Virus record (IMG/VR): IMGVR_UViG_3300045988_162176
Location: 64,001-128,000 of that record
Source of the DNA: a virus
Strand: one strand, 5' to 3'
DNA length: 64,000 bases
Both the position numbers and the translations under genes were made by a program. This document shows, piece by piece, positions 53,835 to 64,000 of this stretch (its first letter is position 1; each line of letters begins with the position of its first letter). Under the pieces are notes generated by a model that worked only from the letters and a program-made list of their open reading frames with translations, made no database searches and was not told where the DNA came from.

Positions 53835-56303
53835 TTATTCCTCTTGCACTTCATCTTTTTCTTTCCAATCTTTTAGTTGCCTAATTAAAGCTCTACGCTC
53901 TTCGTCTTCTTTCCTATGAAGAATATTATACTATTCTCTAAGCTACCTATATTCCTATTTCAAGAATTCAGGTAAAAATGTTCTTTTAGTTGAAACGAAA
54001 TTTGTATCAATAGAACGTCTTAAAGCCTTAGTTTGAGCTACAAGTACACACAGCTTTTTAGCTCTGGTTAACAAAGTATAAATCTGTTGCTGACAAAGCA
54101 TCATTGGAGGAGTGCTATAATCTATTACCCCAATAATTACAGGACAACCAGAACCTTGATATTTATGCGTGGTACAAGCGTATCCTAAAATCAAATGCTC
54201 TTTAACTTCTTTGTGCTTTAAAATAATTGGAGCATCGCCCAAATCAAAATCAACAATTGCATTTTCATAATCAATACTTGTAACTACGCCAGTCCATCCA
54301 TTATACATAGCTGTTTGTGCTCCACTTGTATCAAAAACTTTATAATTGTTTTTAATACACATTACTTTATCGCCTTCTTGAATCCAAAAAGACCTGTCAT
54401 TTCCAGAAGCATCTTTCATCTTTTGGACATAAATTCTTGGACGAGATTCATTTAAATCAACAGGGTTAATTAATTTCTGAATGTCAAGATTTAAATTGTG
54501 AACACAAGCATCTCCACGTTCTTTGACAGGAGAAATAATTTGAATCTTTTCAATATCTCCGTTTACAAGAGGACTATTAAAATATTTCTCAAAGTAAGCA
54601 ATGGTATCTTTTCTATCATCATCTTTTTCATTTCGAATATCAAGTACCATATCTTGAAGGTCTCCACGAGTTTCAATGCCCTCATAATCAGTGTCTTGAT
54701 ATAATTGAATACCATTTCTTACATTGTAAGCTGTAGTTAAAATACCTGAAGCCTTTGCTTGTCTATGAACTTCTTTTAATTCAACAGTAGGAATCTCCTT
54801 GCTGTTAATCATATCCGCTGCTAAATTGAGGGAACCAATAGATTCAAGCTGTCCCATATCGCCAAGCATTAAAAGCTTACTACCTGTAGGAATTGCTCTA
54901 ATTAAGTCAAGAAAAATCTCTCCCCCCACCATACTAACTTCATCTAAAATAATGATATCGTAAGGTAATGGATTATCTTCTCCATAAGAAAAACCACAAC
55001 CACCAGTATATCCAAGAAGCCTGTGAATGGTAAATCCCTCTTTACCAGTAACCTCTTGTAATCTTGCCGCCGCTTTACCACTTAAAGCACATTGAGCAAA
55101 AGTATATTCATCAAGGACAGACAAAATACCTGTAACTAACGAACTTTTACCAGAACCCGCTAAACCAGAAATTACGCAAACTTGTTTTTCAATTCCCAAT
55201 TTAATACCATCAATCTGCTCTTGAGTGAATTGAAAGCCTTGTTTTGTTTCAGCCTTTTTAATCTTTTCTTCAAAATCATTAGCAACAAAATAATTGTTGC
55301 CTTGAAGCAATCTTTTAAGATGATAAGCAATATCTTTTTCAAGATTCCAAAAGCTCATTAAATAAACTCTTCGACCTGATTTGGTATCACCTTCTTCAAC
55401 ACGAATTAATTCTTCATCTTGAAGCTCTTTTATAGCTTTACCAACATTATTTACAAGATTGCCATCTTCATCTTCTACTGTTAAACTTTGTTTTCCACCA
55501 AGGTCTTCATACAAAGAGCCCATAAGTTCACCAGCAGACACCCAAGAATGACCTTCTTCACCCTGAGCATCAAGATACCATAAAATATAAGATTTAATTC
55601 TTTTCGTATCATAAGTCTTATATCCACTTCTCAAGGCTACTTTATCAGCGGTAAAAAATCCTACTCCCTTAATATCTTTTACTAACTGATAAGGATTGTT
55701 TTTTACGACATCAATTACTTTTTGTGGAGCTTTATATTTTTCAATTAGTTTAGAAATAAAGTTCGGGGAAAAACCAACCTTATCAAGCTCTAAATATACA
55801 GTAGACATATCTTTACTGGCTTCAAAACGCTCAATAATACAGTTGGAAATATAATCTCCAATACCTTTTGCTTTCTTCAAAGTTTCTATATCATGGTCAG
55901 CAATAGCTTGTAATGGGTCCTCACACACAGCAAATAATTCATCCATCTGACCTTCTGACAAAAAGGTTCTTAAGAAAGCCCTTTGATTCTTCTGATTAGA
56001 AAAATCAATATCTTTATTATAATAAACCAATTGATACTGAACACCGTATTTAGGATGCTCAACTTCTTTGCCTAATAATACATAGGCGGAATTGGGGTCA
56101 ATTCCATCGGTATACTCTCCTGTAAAAGTAACCTCACCATAAACACTCATAGTAGGTGAACCTTGTTCTACCTCAAGAATATTCCAAGAAACTATTCCCC
56201 AATTTTTGCCATCTGACCCAATTCCAGTACTCGGATAGAGGGTCTTAGAATGAGACGCTTTTATCTTTATAAATTTTTCTTCGGTATCAACATTCATCGT
56301 CAA
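53835..56303 (-). CDS. RecD-like SF1B helicase (C-terminal extension through three TAGs)
   Basis: Walker A GLAGSGKSS, Walker B IIILDEVSM, TTHKYQGSG, YTLLTRAKK. After TAG 53955 the frame stays open for 40 more codons (TAGs 53943 and 53931) to TAA 53835. Confidence 0.75.
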
Positions 56304-57711
56304 CCCTCTCTACATCTATTCTGTCAGAAATCATTTCAAGGTCTCCATTATCATCAATACCTTTAATCAACTGAACAGAATGTTTATACAAACTATCTTT
56401 ATACTGTCTTGGGACGAAGTTTTCTCCTCTCCTAAAACCAGTAACAAGAAGTTTAGTTCCACGCTGGAACCAAGATTTCTCAAGTACAGTTTTTGTTCCA
56501 TCATCATTCATTTGAGAAATCTGTCTATTATAAAAGTTAAATTGACCTTTATAAAACTTTATATCACAAACTCCATCAGGAGTCAATAGTGTAACTGTAT
56601 TTCTATTAGTGTCTTTATCAAGAACCGTACCACAAATTCTTTTAAGAACAAAACGAGCCTTCTCTTGGTCATGCCAATAATATTTGTAGGCCACTTCTGG
56701 CTCTTCTGGTAAATTCTCAAAAGGTACTATATTGTATTTCTCCTTGTTTACATGAGCAAGTTCATGTTCATGATAATACATACAAAGAGAATCCATTTCC
56801 CACTTAGAAAGACTTCCAGATGCTTTTTCATCCCACACAGCTTTAAACTTTCCTTCATTCACAGCTTCAAGCATCTTAGGGTCACTTAAGACATTATCTT
56901 TAAAATCTACCATAAGTTTATTAAAAACTCGGTCTAAGCTACCTCTTTTAACAACTCTTTGACCATCATCTCCCCAATCATAATCTTTTTTATCAACCAT
57001 ATCGTTGAGGAAATATTTTTCAAAATAAGGCCATGCAAATTTGTTTTCAAGTACATAATAAGCAGTACTTGCACTTTTACCTATTTGTTTATAAAAGAAT
57101 TTCTTCTGGAAAACGTAATTTCTAAATCTATATAATCTTAATTCGAACTTCTTTTGATTTTCAGTTAACAAATCAAGATTGACTAAATCTTCGATATTAG
57201 AGATGTTAAGAGACTTAACAGGACTTGAGATAAATCTAATAAAGTCTTCCATAATAGCTCTTCTATCTTTTTTCTCAAGATTATCAAAACACCGCGCCTT
57301 GATAAGAGAAATCATAGCCGTATCACCAAACTTATTTTCTTTAGATTCAGATTTGTATTTCTGCATCTTCTCGTAAAAATCCCACATCGAAGAATAAGTT
57401 TGATTATCAATAATAGCTTTTGCAATAGAAGTTCCAATACCTTGAATTGGTTTTAAACCATAAACAATTTCATTTTTCTCAACGTCAGGGTGGAAACCAA
57501 ATCTAACACGGTTTACGTCAGGTAATGCTACTGTAACACCTTCTTTTTTGATATTACCAATAGCTTTACTAATTTTACCATAGTTGGTATTTCCATCTTC
57601 ACCGCCAGAATCAGAAATCAAATTAGCAGTATTCCAATAAATAACAGGATAATGATAAGCAAGATTGGCTTCTTGCAAACCAACGATTGAATAGGCTAAT
57701 GTATGTGCTTT
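56287..57711 (-). CDS. dnaE: DNA polymerase III alpha (DnaE-type), exon 3
   Basis: Begins ..KAHTLAYSIVGLQEANLAYHYP (the DnaE ..NKSHAAAY..AY.KAHYP block). The 5' boundary is approximate. Confidence 0.7.
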   Translation of the reverse strand, partial: KAHTLAYSIVGLQEANLAYHYPVIYWNTANLISDSGGEDGNTNYGKISKAIGNIKKEGVTVALPDVNRVRFGFHPDVEKNEIVYGLKPIQGIGTSIAKAIIDNQTYSSMWDFYEKMQKYKSESKENKFGDTAMISLIKARCFDNLEKKDRRAIMEDFIRFISSPVKSLNISNIEDLVNLDLLTENQKKFELRLYRFRNYVFQKKFFYKQIGKSASTAYYVLENKFAWPYFEKYFLNDMVDKKDYDWGDDGQRVVKRGSLDRVFNKLMVDFKDNVLSDPKMLEAVNEGKFKAVWDEKASGSLSKWEMDSLCMYYHEHELAHVNKEKYNIVPFENLPEEPEVAYKYYWHDQEKARFVLKRICGTVLDKDTNRNTVTLLTPDGVCDIKFYKGQFNFYNRQISQMNDDGTKTVLEKSWFQRGTKLLVTGFRRGENFVPRQYKDSLYKHSVQLIKGIDDNGDLEMISDRIDVERVDDEC

Positions 57712-58920
57712 TATTAAAATTAAAACTGACTATTTTTTACGGATTTTCTGTGTCTAAGTTTTGGCCTACTTAGCATCCGCAAGCTGTTTCCAAGAGCGTA
57801 TCAATAGCTCCCGTACTCTTGGTCTAACCCAAGATAGTCGATACATCATTTTCAAAACAAATTAAAACTTTTTTCTATTAGTTGTTAAAGGATATTTATA
57901 ATCCTTATTATAATAAGATGCTCCGCTATTAATTTTTTTAATGGTACTATAACTTTTTTGATATTTTTCGGCAATCTCGGTAGTCTTCAAATTGCTATTC
58001 ATTAAATCTTCTTGAACAGGTTTTACCCATGAGTTGAAATTATGCAATCTTGAATTTCCTCTAATAGACAAAGGATATTGTAACTCATCATTCTTCCAAA
58101 TTTTACCATTATTAATCATTGAAAGCATCCGAACAGATTTAATATTCCATTTCTTTGCTAATTCTGTATATGTTAATTTCCCTTCTTGTAATTCTCTTTG
58201 AATTTCTTTTTGCTCTTGACGAGTGAACATATCAGAATGCCCATCATGTATATAATCATGTAATGGATAAGTTAAATCTCCTCTCTTAAAATTTAATCCC
58301 ACGTTAATATTAGTAAGAAGACTATCAGATAATTTAGGAGAATATTTTTCTCTTATTTCTTTCATTGGAATAGCTTCAATTAACATTTGCTGAATATCTT
58401 TAATTTCTTCCATCGTGAAAATTTTACTTAAAGCTACTTTTTGCTCAAATGTTAACTTTTCTTTTTTTGCTCCATTTTGCCGACCAAAATCGGTATTGTA
58501 GCCTTTGCTCCTATTAGTAGAATCATAGAAAGAAATATAAAATCGCTCTCTTTCGTCTACATATTCTTGACTTTCTTCTTCTGGAATTTCTTCTATAATT
58601 TCTTTTGAGAAATTATCCCAACCATATTTTCGAATGGCGTAATACAAATGTAAAATATATTCATGAGCTTTGGGATTAAAAGCACAAGATTTATGATTTC
58701 TCATACGAGCTTCAAAATTATTTGTTTGCCCAATATAAACTTTTTGATTCTTTAAATTAGTAATTTTATATATAACCATGGATTCCTCCTTTCGGTAGTA
58801 ATTTGTTTTGATTTGACACGAGATTTTACCCTCGTTAGCTAATTTCTAAGATTGCCAATCCTTAAAAGAAATTAACCCCGTTGATGAAACGGTTAAGCTT
58901 GTGAGCGCCACAACAACGCA
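57712..58920 (-). mobile_element. Intron 2 of dnaE (self-splicing, group I suspected) carrying a GIY-YIG gene
   Basis: Separates ..NRGYGFN from KAHTLAY... GC-richer structured flanks at 57712-57861 and 58780-58920. Boundaries are approximate. Confidence 0.6.
57862..58779 (-). CDS. GIY-YIG homing endonuclease
   Basis: VIYKITNLKNQKVYIGQTNNFEARMRNH; own RBS GAAAGGAGGAATCC before the ATG. Confidence 0.85.
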   Translation of the reverse strand: MVIYKITNLKNQKVYIGQTNNFEARMRNHKSCAFNPKAHEYILHLYYAIRKYGWDNFSKEIIEEIPEEESQEYVDERERFYISFYDSTNRSKGYNTDFGRQNGAKKEKLTFEQKVALSKIFTMEEIKDIQQMLIEAIPMKEIREKYSPKLSDSLLTNINVGLNFKRGDLTYPLHDYIHDGHSDMFTRQEQKEIQRELQEGKLTYTELAKKWNIKSVRMLSMINNGKIWKNDELQYPLSIRGNSRLHNFNSWVKPVQEDLMNSNLKTTEIAEKYQKSYSTIKKINSGASYYNKDYKYPLTTNRKKF

Positions 58921-59090
58921 TTAAAACCATAGCCTCTATTCATCGAAATTAATATATCCCATACATAATGGCACAATTTAGAAGAAAGATGTTTTTCTTC
59001 TATATTTTTGTAAAATTCTTGTTGCAGTTCAACATAAGCTTTAGGATTCTTTTTCAGTTTTGTTATCACAGAGCTTTTTATCTCTGCTTC
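58921..59090 (-). CDS. dnaE: DNA polymerase III alpha (DnaE-type), exon 2
   Basis: Hand translation ..KLKKNPKAYVELQQEFYKNIEEKHLSSKLCHYVWDILISMNRGYGFN. An in-frame TAA at 59091-59093 limits the 5' end. Confidence 0.6.
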
Positions 59091-59296
59091 TTACAATTTC
59101 TTGTAAGCTCGGCGTACATTATTAACTCTAATGAGTTAAAGGACACTCTTGGATGGATTATATTTATTCACCATCTACGCTCTACGATACTTAACAACCT
59201 TTCGCAATTTGTTAAGTTATCTCGGTATTTCCATTTTAAAGGGTCCACCGATTTTGCCCTTTTCATTTTACTTGTCACCAAGTAAACGGCCCAAAA
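59091..59296 (-). mobile_element. Intron 1 of dnaE (ORF-less, ~200 nt)
   Basis: Lies between ..WADKLRKSIA(TAA) and exon 2. The DnaE block ADxLRRAMGKKK..GYGFNKSH is only restored by removing it. Boundaries are approximate. Confidence 0.5.
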
Positions 59297-61711
59297 TTAA
59301 GCGATACTTTTCCTAAGCTTATCAGCCCACAGCAAATCAAAACCACCAATTTCAGGGTCTTGAACTGCCATCATAAAGTCTTCTTGGTTAGGTAACAAAC
59401 CATAACTCTTCTTAGCATATTTACAAACGACTTCTTGTTCATGTTTAGTCAAACCATAATCATCCATCTCTTTATACCAAAGAGTAATATCTTTCTTATA
59501 ACGGCCAAAACGTTCAAGAGGTGTTTCTGCCCGTGGAGAAGGAGCCATAAGTCTCATTACTGAGTTCAAAGCAGATAAATCCACTAAACTTTCAGGTTTA
59601 CCTATTGCAACAGCTTGATATCCTGTTTGTTTTTCCATTTGGAAGAATGACATAACTTTATGTTCATTTAGCATTTTCCAAATTTCGGGATTATTTCTTT
59701 CTATTTTATAAACACCCAAATATTTTTCATAAGTAGACTTTAAATCACCTTGCCATTCAAGCCTACCATCTTCCATAAGAAGATTCATACAAACGTGTTC
59801 TTTTTGAAGAGCGTCAATAGAAAGCAAATCCCATTTAATAAGAGATACTTTTTCGTCAGCGTGTAAGTCAAATTGAGTAATAATATCTCCACTTGTTGTC
59901 TTCATTAAAGCAGCATGGTCTACAACATCTGTCGCTGAAAGAACTACACCACCAGCATGAGAACCGACACCACTTACTAACCCTTCAATATTTTGAGCAA
60001 CTTCCCAAACATCAGGATACTCATTAGTCATTAAGTTAACAAACTCTTTATCAGGACGTAGGTTGTTTTCTTCATCACCATAAAAGCATTGCTTTAAAGT
60101 AAATTGAATACCACGCTCCTGACCAATATGCGAACTTAACATCTGTCCAATTTCAGGTGGATAGCTTAAGCCACGACAAGCAGTTTGAATTGCAACTTTG
60201 GCTTTCATCGTAGAAAGGGTTTGAACTTTCATAACACGACGATTTCCTGCTCTCTGGTCATCTCCACAATACTTGCGTTGCAAATAATGAATAACATCAT
60301 CACGGTAAGCATTCTCGAAATCTACGTCGATATCTAACGGGCTAACACGTTGAGGATTAAGAAAGCGCCAATGTTTCGTTGGGACTTCTTCTCTTAAAGG
60401 ATTAACCTGAGTAATACCCAAAATATACAGAAGAATAAATCCCAAACCAGAACCACGAGAAGGACCAACTAAAGAACCACAAGCCCAACACGCATTTACT
60501 AAGTCACGAGTCTGTAGCAAATAAGCAGACCAATGAGCATGGTTAGCTTCTGAACTTGCTTTAATGGATTCAAGGCAAGTTTGAATTGCATCATAAGTTT
60601 CTTTATTTGCTAATTCATCAGAATCTTTTTCAAGACGCTTTACAATCTCTCTAACAAGATGTCTATCAGCGTTGTAGTCTGAATTAAAGAACCATTCCAA
60701 CATAGGAATATCTTTGAAGTATTTTTTAGACAATTCCGAATCAGGCTCAGTCAAATCGTCTGGCTCATAAGGAATTTCCAAATTAGCAAACAAAGTATAT
60801 TCTTGAACCATGTCATAAATTAACATGGTATTATCTAAACCTTTTTGCACGACTTCTGGCGTCAAAAATTCATCCATATAAGAATGAATTTCTTCTTCTG
60901 ACATCATATAAGTTGTGGCATAAAATTCTCCAACCTCACGTTCTTTACCACTATCTTCATTAGATTTAAGAAAAGCTTCATGTACTTTTCTATCTTCTCT
61001 TTTGGGATAGTGACTGTCAGTGGTAATAATATATGGAATATCAAGTTCAGAAGACAATTCTACTAAAGCTTGATTTACAATAATTTGTTCTTCGCTCTTT
61101 GATGGTTGTAATTCCAAAAAGAAATTACCATGTCCAAAACATTTATCAAGTCTTTTTAACCACTTTTTAACACCCGTGTAATCAGGCTGTAAAGGATTTT
61201 GTCTATAAGAATCCAAAATTAATTTTGGACAACGACCACCAAGACAAGCAGTTGAACCAATAATATGACCTCTATCAGATTCAACAACTTCAAACAAATC
61301 TTCATAATAAGTTGGAGTACGAATATTAACATAAGTAAAGGAATTATCAATCCATGCTCTTGTACTTAATTCTCTTATTTGCTTATGTCCAATAGCATCT
61401 TTAGCCAACAAAATGAAGTGATAAAAAATATATTCTTTATCTTCTTCAATGCTTTTTCGATTGCAAAGATAAATTTCATTACCTAAAATAAGTTTATAAT
61501 CTTTCCACTTATCAGGATTTTTCTTTCGCAAATCGTCTATTTGAGTTAATGCTTCAACGTGTGCGGCAATACAGTCATGGTCTGTAATAGCAACACCTTT
61601 ATGACCAAGCTCCTAAGTATATGTGAGAAGACCCTTGACAGTGTTAGTGCTGTCAAGGAAACCTCTCGTATTGGAGCCTATGTCTGTGTGATTATGTACA
61701 CCTACAAACAC
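59297..61711 (-). CDS. dnaE: DNA polymerase III alpha (DnaE-type), exon 1 (PHP + polymerase core)
   Basis: GTG 61711 behind AAGGAGAG. PHP motif VFVGVHNHTD...AITDHD joined through TAG 61613-61615 to the ORF-track ORF. Confidence 0.8.
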
Positions 61712-61740
61712 GGCATTACTCTCCTTTATATTTTTGTCTT

Positions 61741-61769
61741 ATTATATCATGTTACTTTTAATTTGTCAA
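61741..61769 (-). promoter_or_regulatory. Sigma70-type promoter
   Basis: TTGACA (61764-61769) - 17 nt - TATAAT (61741-61746). Confidence 0.7.
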
Positions 61770-61771
61770 CC

Positions 61772-63811
61772 TTAAAAATCCAAATCTTCTAAATCCTTAT
61801 CTAACATTACTCTTTTCTTCTTAGGCTTTTCAATTTCACCCCAATCAAAATCTGTAGTAGATTTTGCATTTAAGGATGTCGTTTTGGAATTAAGAATAGC
61901 GTCAGATTTGGTCTTACTTTTTAAATCAGGAGTCTCATTTGTTTTATCCTCCATAACATCATAATATAGAATTTTAACTTCTGGATAAATCTTATCTTCC
62001 CAAGACTCTAACTAGAACTGGCAAATTAAATTCATTACCAAATTCTTTTTGTTAGCGCCAAAGGTATGTCTATCCTTAAGAGTCATCATATCAAATTCTG
62101 TAGCAGGACAATACTTTTTAATATAAGTAATACCGTTATGCTGGAATCTAATAAAACTCTTAGTTTCGCCATAGCCATTAATTTGACTAGCATTTATATG
62201 AAGATTTGTAATTGCAAAAGTAGGAGTAGGAACAGTATTACCCCACACTTCATAATTTTCAGCCACTTCTTTTACAAATCTTACTTGCATTTCATTAGCA
62301 GGAATTTCCCAATCAACTGGATAAATAGTTTTAAGTTGGTCAAGAGGAAGCATTTCATTACACTTTTCAATTACCTCATCAACATTTTTCTTTTTAAGAA
62401 ATACACCAGCAGCATTTTCATGTCCAGCACAACTTATAAGTCCAGTTTGCTCTAAAAACTCCTTCAAGTTTTTAATATTTCCTTTATCATATCCGCGACA
62501 GGAGCCACCGAATTCTGAGGTACTCCTTTCCTTAAGAAGCACCACTGGGCGCAAATATTTCGAAGCAATCTTATTAGCTACTAATCCTGTAACAGATTTT
62601 TTATCAACTATGTCAGTACAATCGACAAATAAAATAGTATTTTTATCTAGCCCTTGTTTGTCAATTTTGTCAATAATTTGCTCCATAAATTTACGAACTG
62701 CTGTATCTTGACGAGCCTTTACATTATTAGCTACTCTCGCCATCTCCCACTGAAGAGTATGTTCCTCTGGAAGAGGTTTAGGGTCAGTAGCTCTTTTTCG
62801 TCTCGGCTGATAAATAACAGTTTCTTGTTCTCCAACCATAGCTCGGAATAAATCTCTTTGCTCTTTCTCAGTACCATAACGTACTACACCATTAATTCTT
62901 GGAGCAAGTACCCAACCAACATTTGTAATAGTTCTACCGAAGTGAATTTCATCAGCCATTCTTTCTTGAAGCTCATTGAGAAAATCATTCTTTTGATTTT
63001 CAATCTTTAAGCCCTCAAGTACATACCATCTTGTTTCTAAATCTCTTAAATCCATACTATCTGCAATAATACCAAGAGAAACCAAATCAAGATAATCATC
63101 AAGCCAACTATCACTACAGTGATACTTTTCACAACAAGCTTCACCAAATTTACGAACTACACCAACCCCAGATAAAGTAAAATTAGGATACTGACCATCA
63201 GTATCATTTACAGCTATACAATAATTAACATAACTGTCTTCTTTAATTCTATCTGGTTCTTTTTCTTTAATTTCATCAGCTTCGTTCTTAGGAATCCATT
63301 TGCCAGTGTTAGTATCTAAATACTCGATTTCAACTAAGTGATGGTCTAACACAAGAATAGGACAATCGTAATTTTTAATAATTTGAATTGCATCTTTACA
63401 AAGCATTGAAGCATCAGGAATAATAATTAAACCAACATCATCTTTGGAATAATCACTTAAATCTTTATAAGTTAATCCATGCTCTTTGTTAAAACTGAAA
63501 ATATACTCAATTTTTGCTTCTGGATTAAAATGACTAATAATTTTACTTATTAAAACAGCGCTTGTCGCGCCATCGGCATCTGGGTCCACCTTAATTATAA
63601 TTTTCTTGTCTGTACCAATATTGTCATGAAAAACCTAAACAGCCTTATCCATATTCTTCATCTGAAATGGGTCATTAACAACCTTATTTTTTACAGGATG
63701 AAGAAAACTTTTTACATCCTAAATATCATAGCTTCTTAAAATAGTTTCAAGAAAATCATATTCATCATCAAAGTTATTCTAAAACTTTGTCTCCCATAGT
63801 AATTTTTCCAT
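61772..63811 (-). CDS. RecJ-like DHH-family phosphoesterase/exonuclease (four in-frame TAGs)
   Basis: DHH motif VDPDADGATSA. N-terminus MEKLLWETKF*NNF... uses TAGs 63779, 63719 and 63635. TAG 62012 fuses the 60-aa ORF 61772-61954 in frame. Total 680 codons. Confidence 0.7.
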
Positions 63812-64000
63812 TAATTGCCTCTTAAAAATATACTCGTAGAACTTTGCCTTTCCCCGTAAGAATAAACAGGTTTTGCCATTTTTATTAATTGATTGTAAAC
63901 ATCTTTACCTTTATCAAGAGGAGAATCTTTGATATCTAACAATCCTTTTGTGTCCTTAATAAGAAAGACATTAAAGCTTAAAGCAAGTCTCTGAGCTAAA
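63811..64000 (-). CDS. Hypothetical protein (3' end only, truncated by the window edge)
   Basis: Open minus-strand frame ..KDSPLDKGKDVYNQLIKMAKPVYSYGERQ.. ending in a TAATG overlap with the RecJ-like start. Confidence 0.45.
   Translation of the reverse strand, partial: LAQRLALSFNVFLIKDTKGLLDIKDSPLDKGKDVYNQLIKMAKPVYSYGERQSSTSIFLRGN

Noticed and set aside
57712-59296. Inteins interrupting DnaE
   Set aside because: The inserts contain in-frame TAA stops. The GIY-YIG ORF has its own RBS and start. No intein splicing motifs were seen.
62012-62014. TAG as the genuine stop of the RecJ-like, RecD-like, DnaQ-like and other ORF-track ORFs
   Set aside because: In every case the frame continues to a TAA or TGA. 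Conserved domains lie on both sides of internal TAGs, and a CUA-anticodon tRNA is encoded.
1-64000. rRNA genes, integrase/att sites, toxin-antitoxin pairs, capsid/tail genes
   Set aside because: No sequence features supporting any of these were recognised in this window.

Overview
AT-rich window coded almost entirely on the minus strand. It looks like part of a large bacteriophage genome. Sigma70-type promoters (TTGACA-N17-TAnnnT) and AGGAG-type ribosome-binding sites suggest a Firmicutes-like host.

Modules recognised:
- DNA replication and repair: intron-split DnaE, RecJ-like DHH protein, RecD-like and UvrD-like helicases, NAD-dependent ligase, DnaQ-like exonuclease.
- Nucleotide metabolism: NrdD/NrdG/NrdH, ThyX-like, Dut, a kinase.
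- RNA end-repair enzymes: Rnl1-like ligase, kinase-HD fusion, Thg1-like protein, CYTH protein.
- ADP-ribosylation set: WGR-PARP-like protein, two macro domains, NADAR.
- C5 DNA methyltransferase.
- A ~12 kb tRNA island (17.6-29.7 kb).

Main observations:
1. TAG is a sense codon. I count 26 in-frame TAGs in 13 genes, only TAA and TGA terminate, and a CUA-anticodon tRNA is encoded here.
2. Two tRNA genes carry homologous 58-59 nt tRNA-like inserts that lack an anticodon arm, placed exactly between anticodon-loop positions 36 and 37.
3. An 11-copy bipartite inverted-repeat family ('E repeats') has compensatory stem changes. Some copies enclose tRNA modules in circularly permuted order.
4. dnaE is split by two introns, one carrying a GIY-YIG endonuclease gene.
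5. Several ORF-free regions look like large structured RNAs.

Coordinates not taken from the ORF track were derived by hand and may be off by 1-2 nt. tRNA folds were done by eye.
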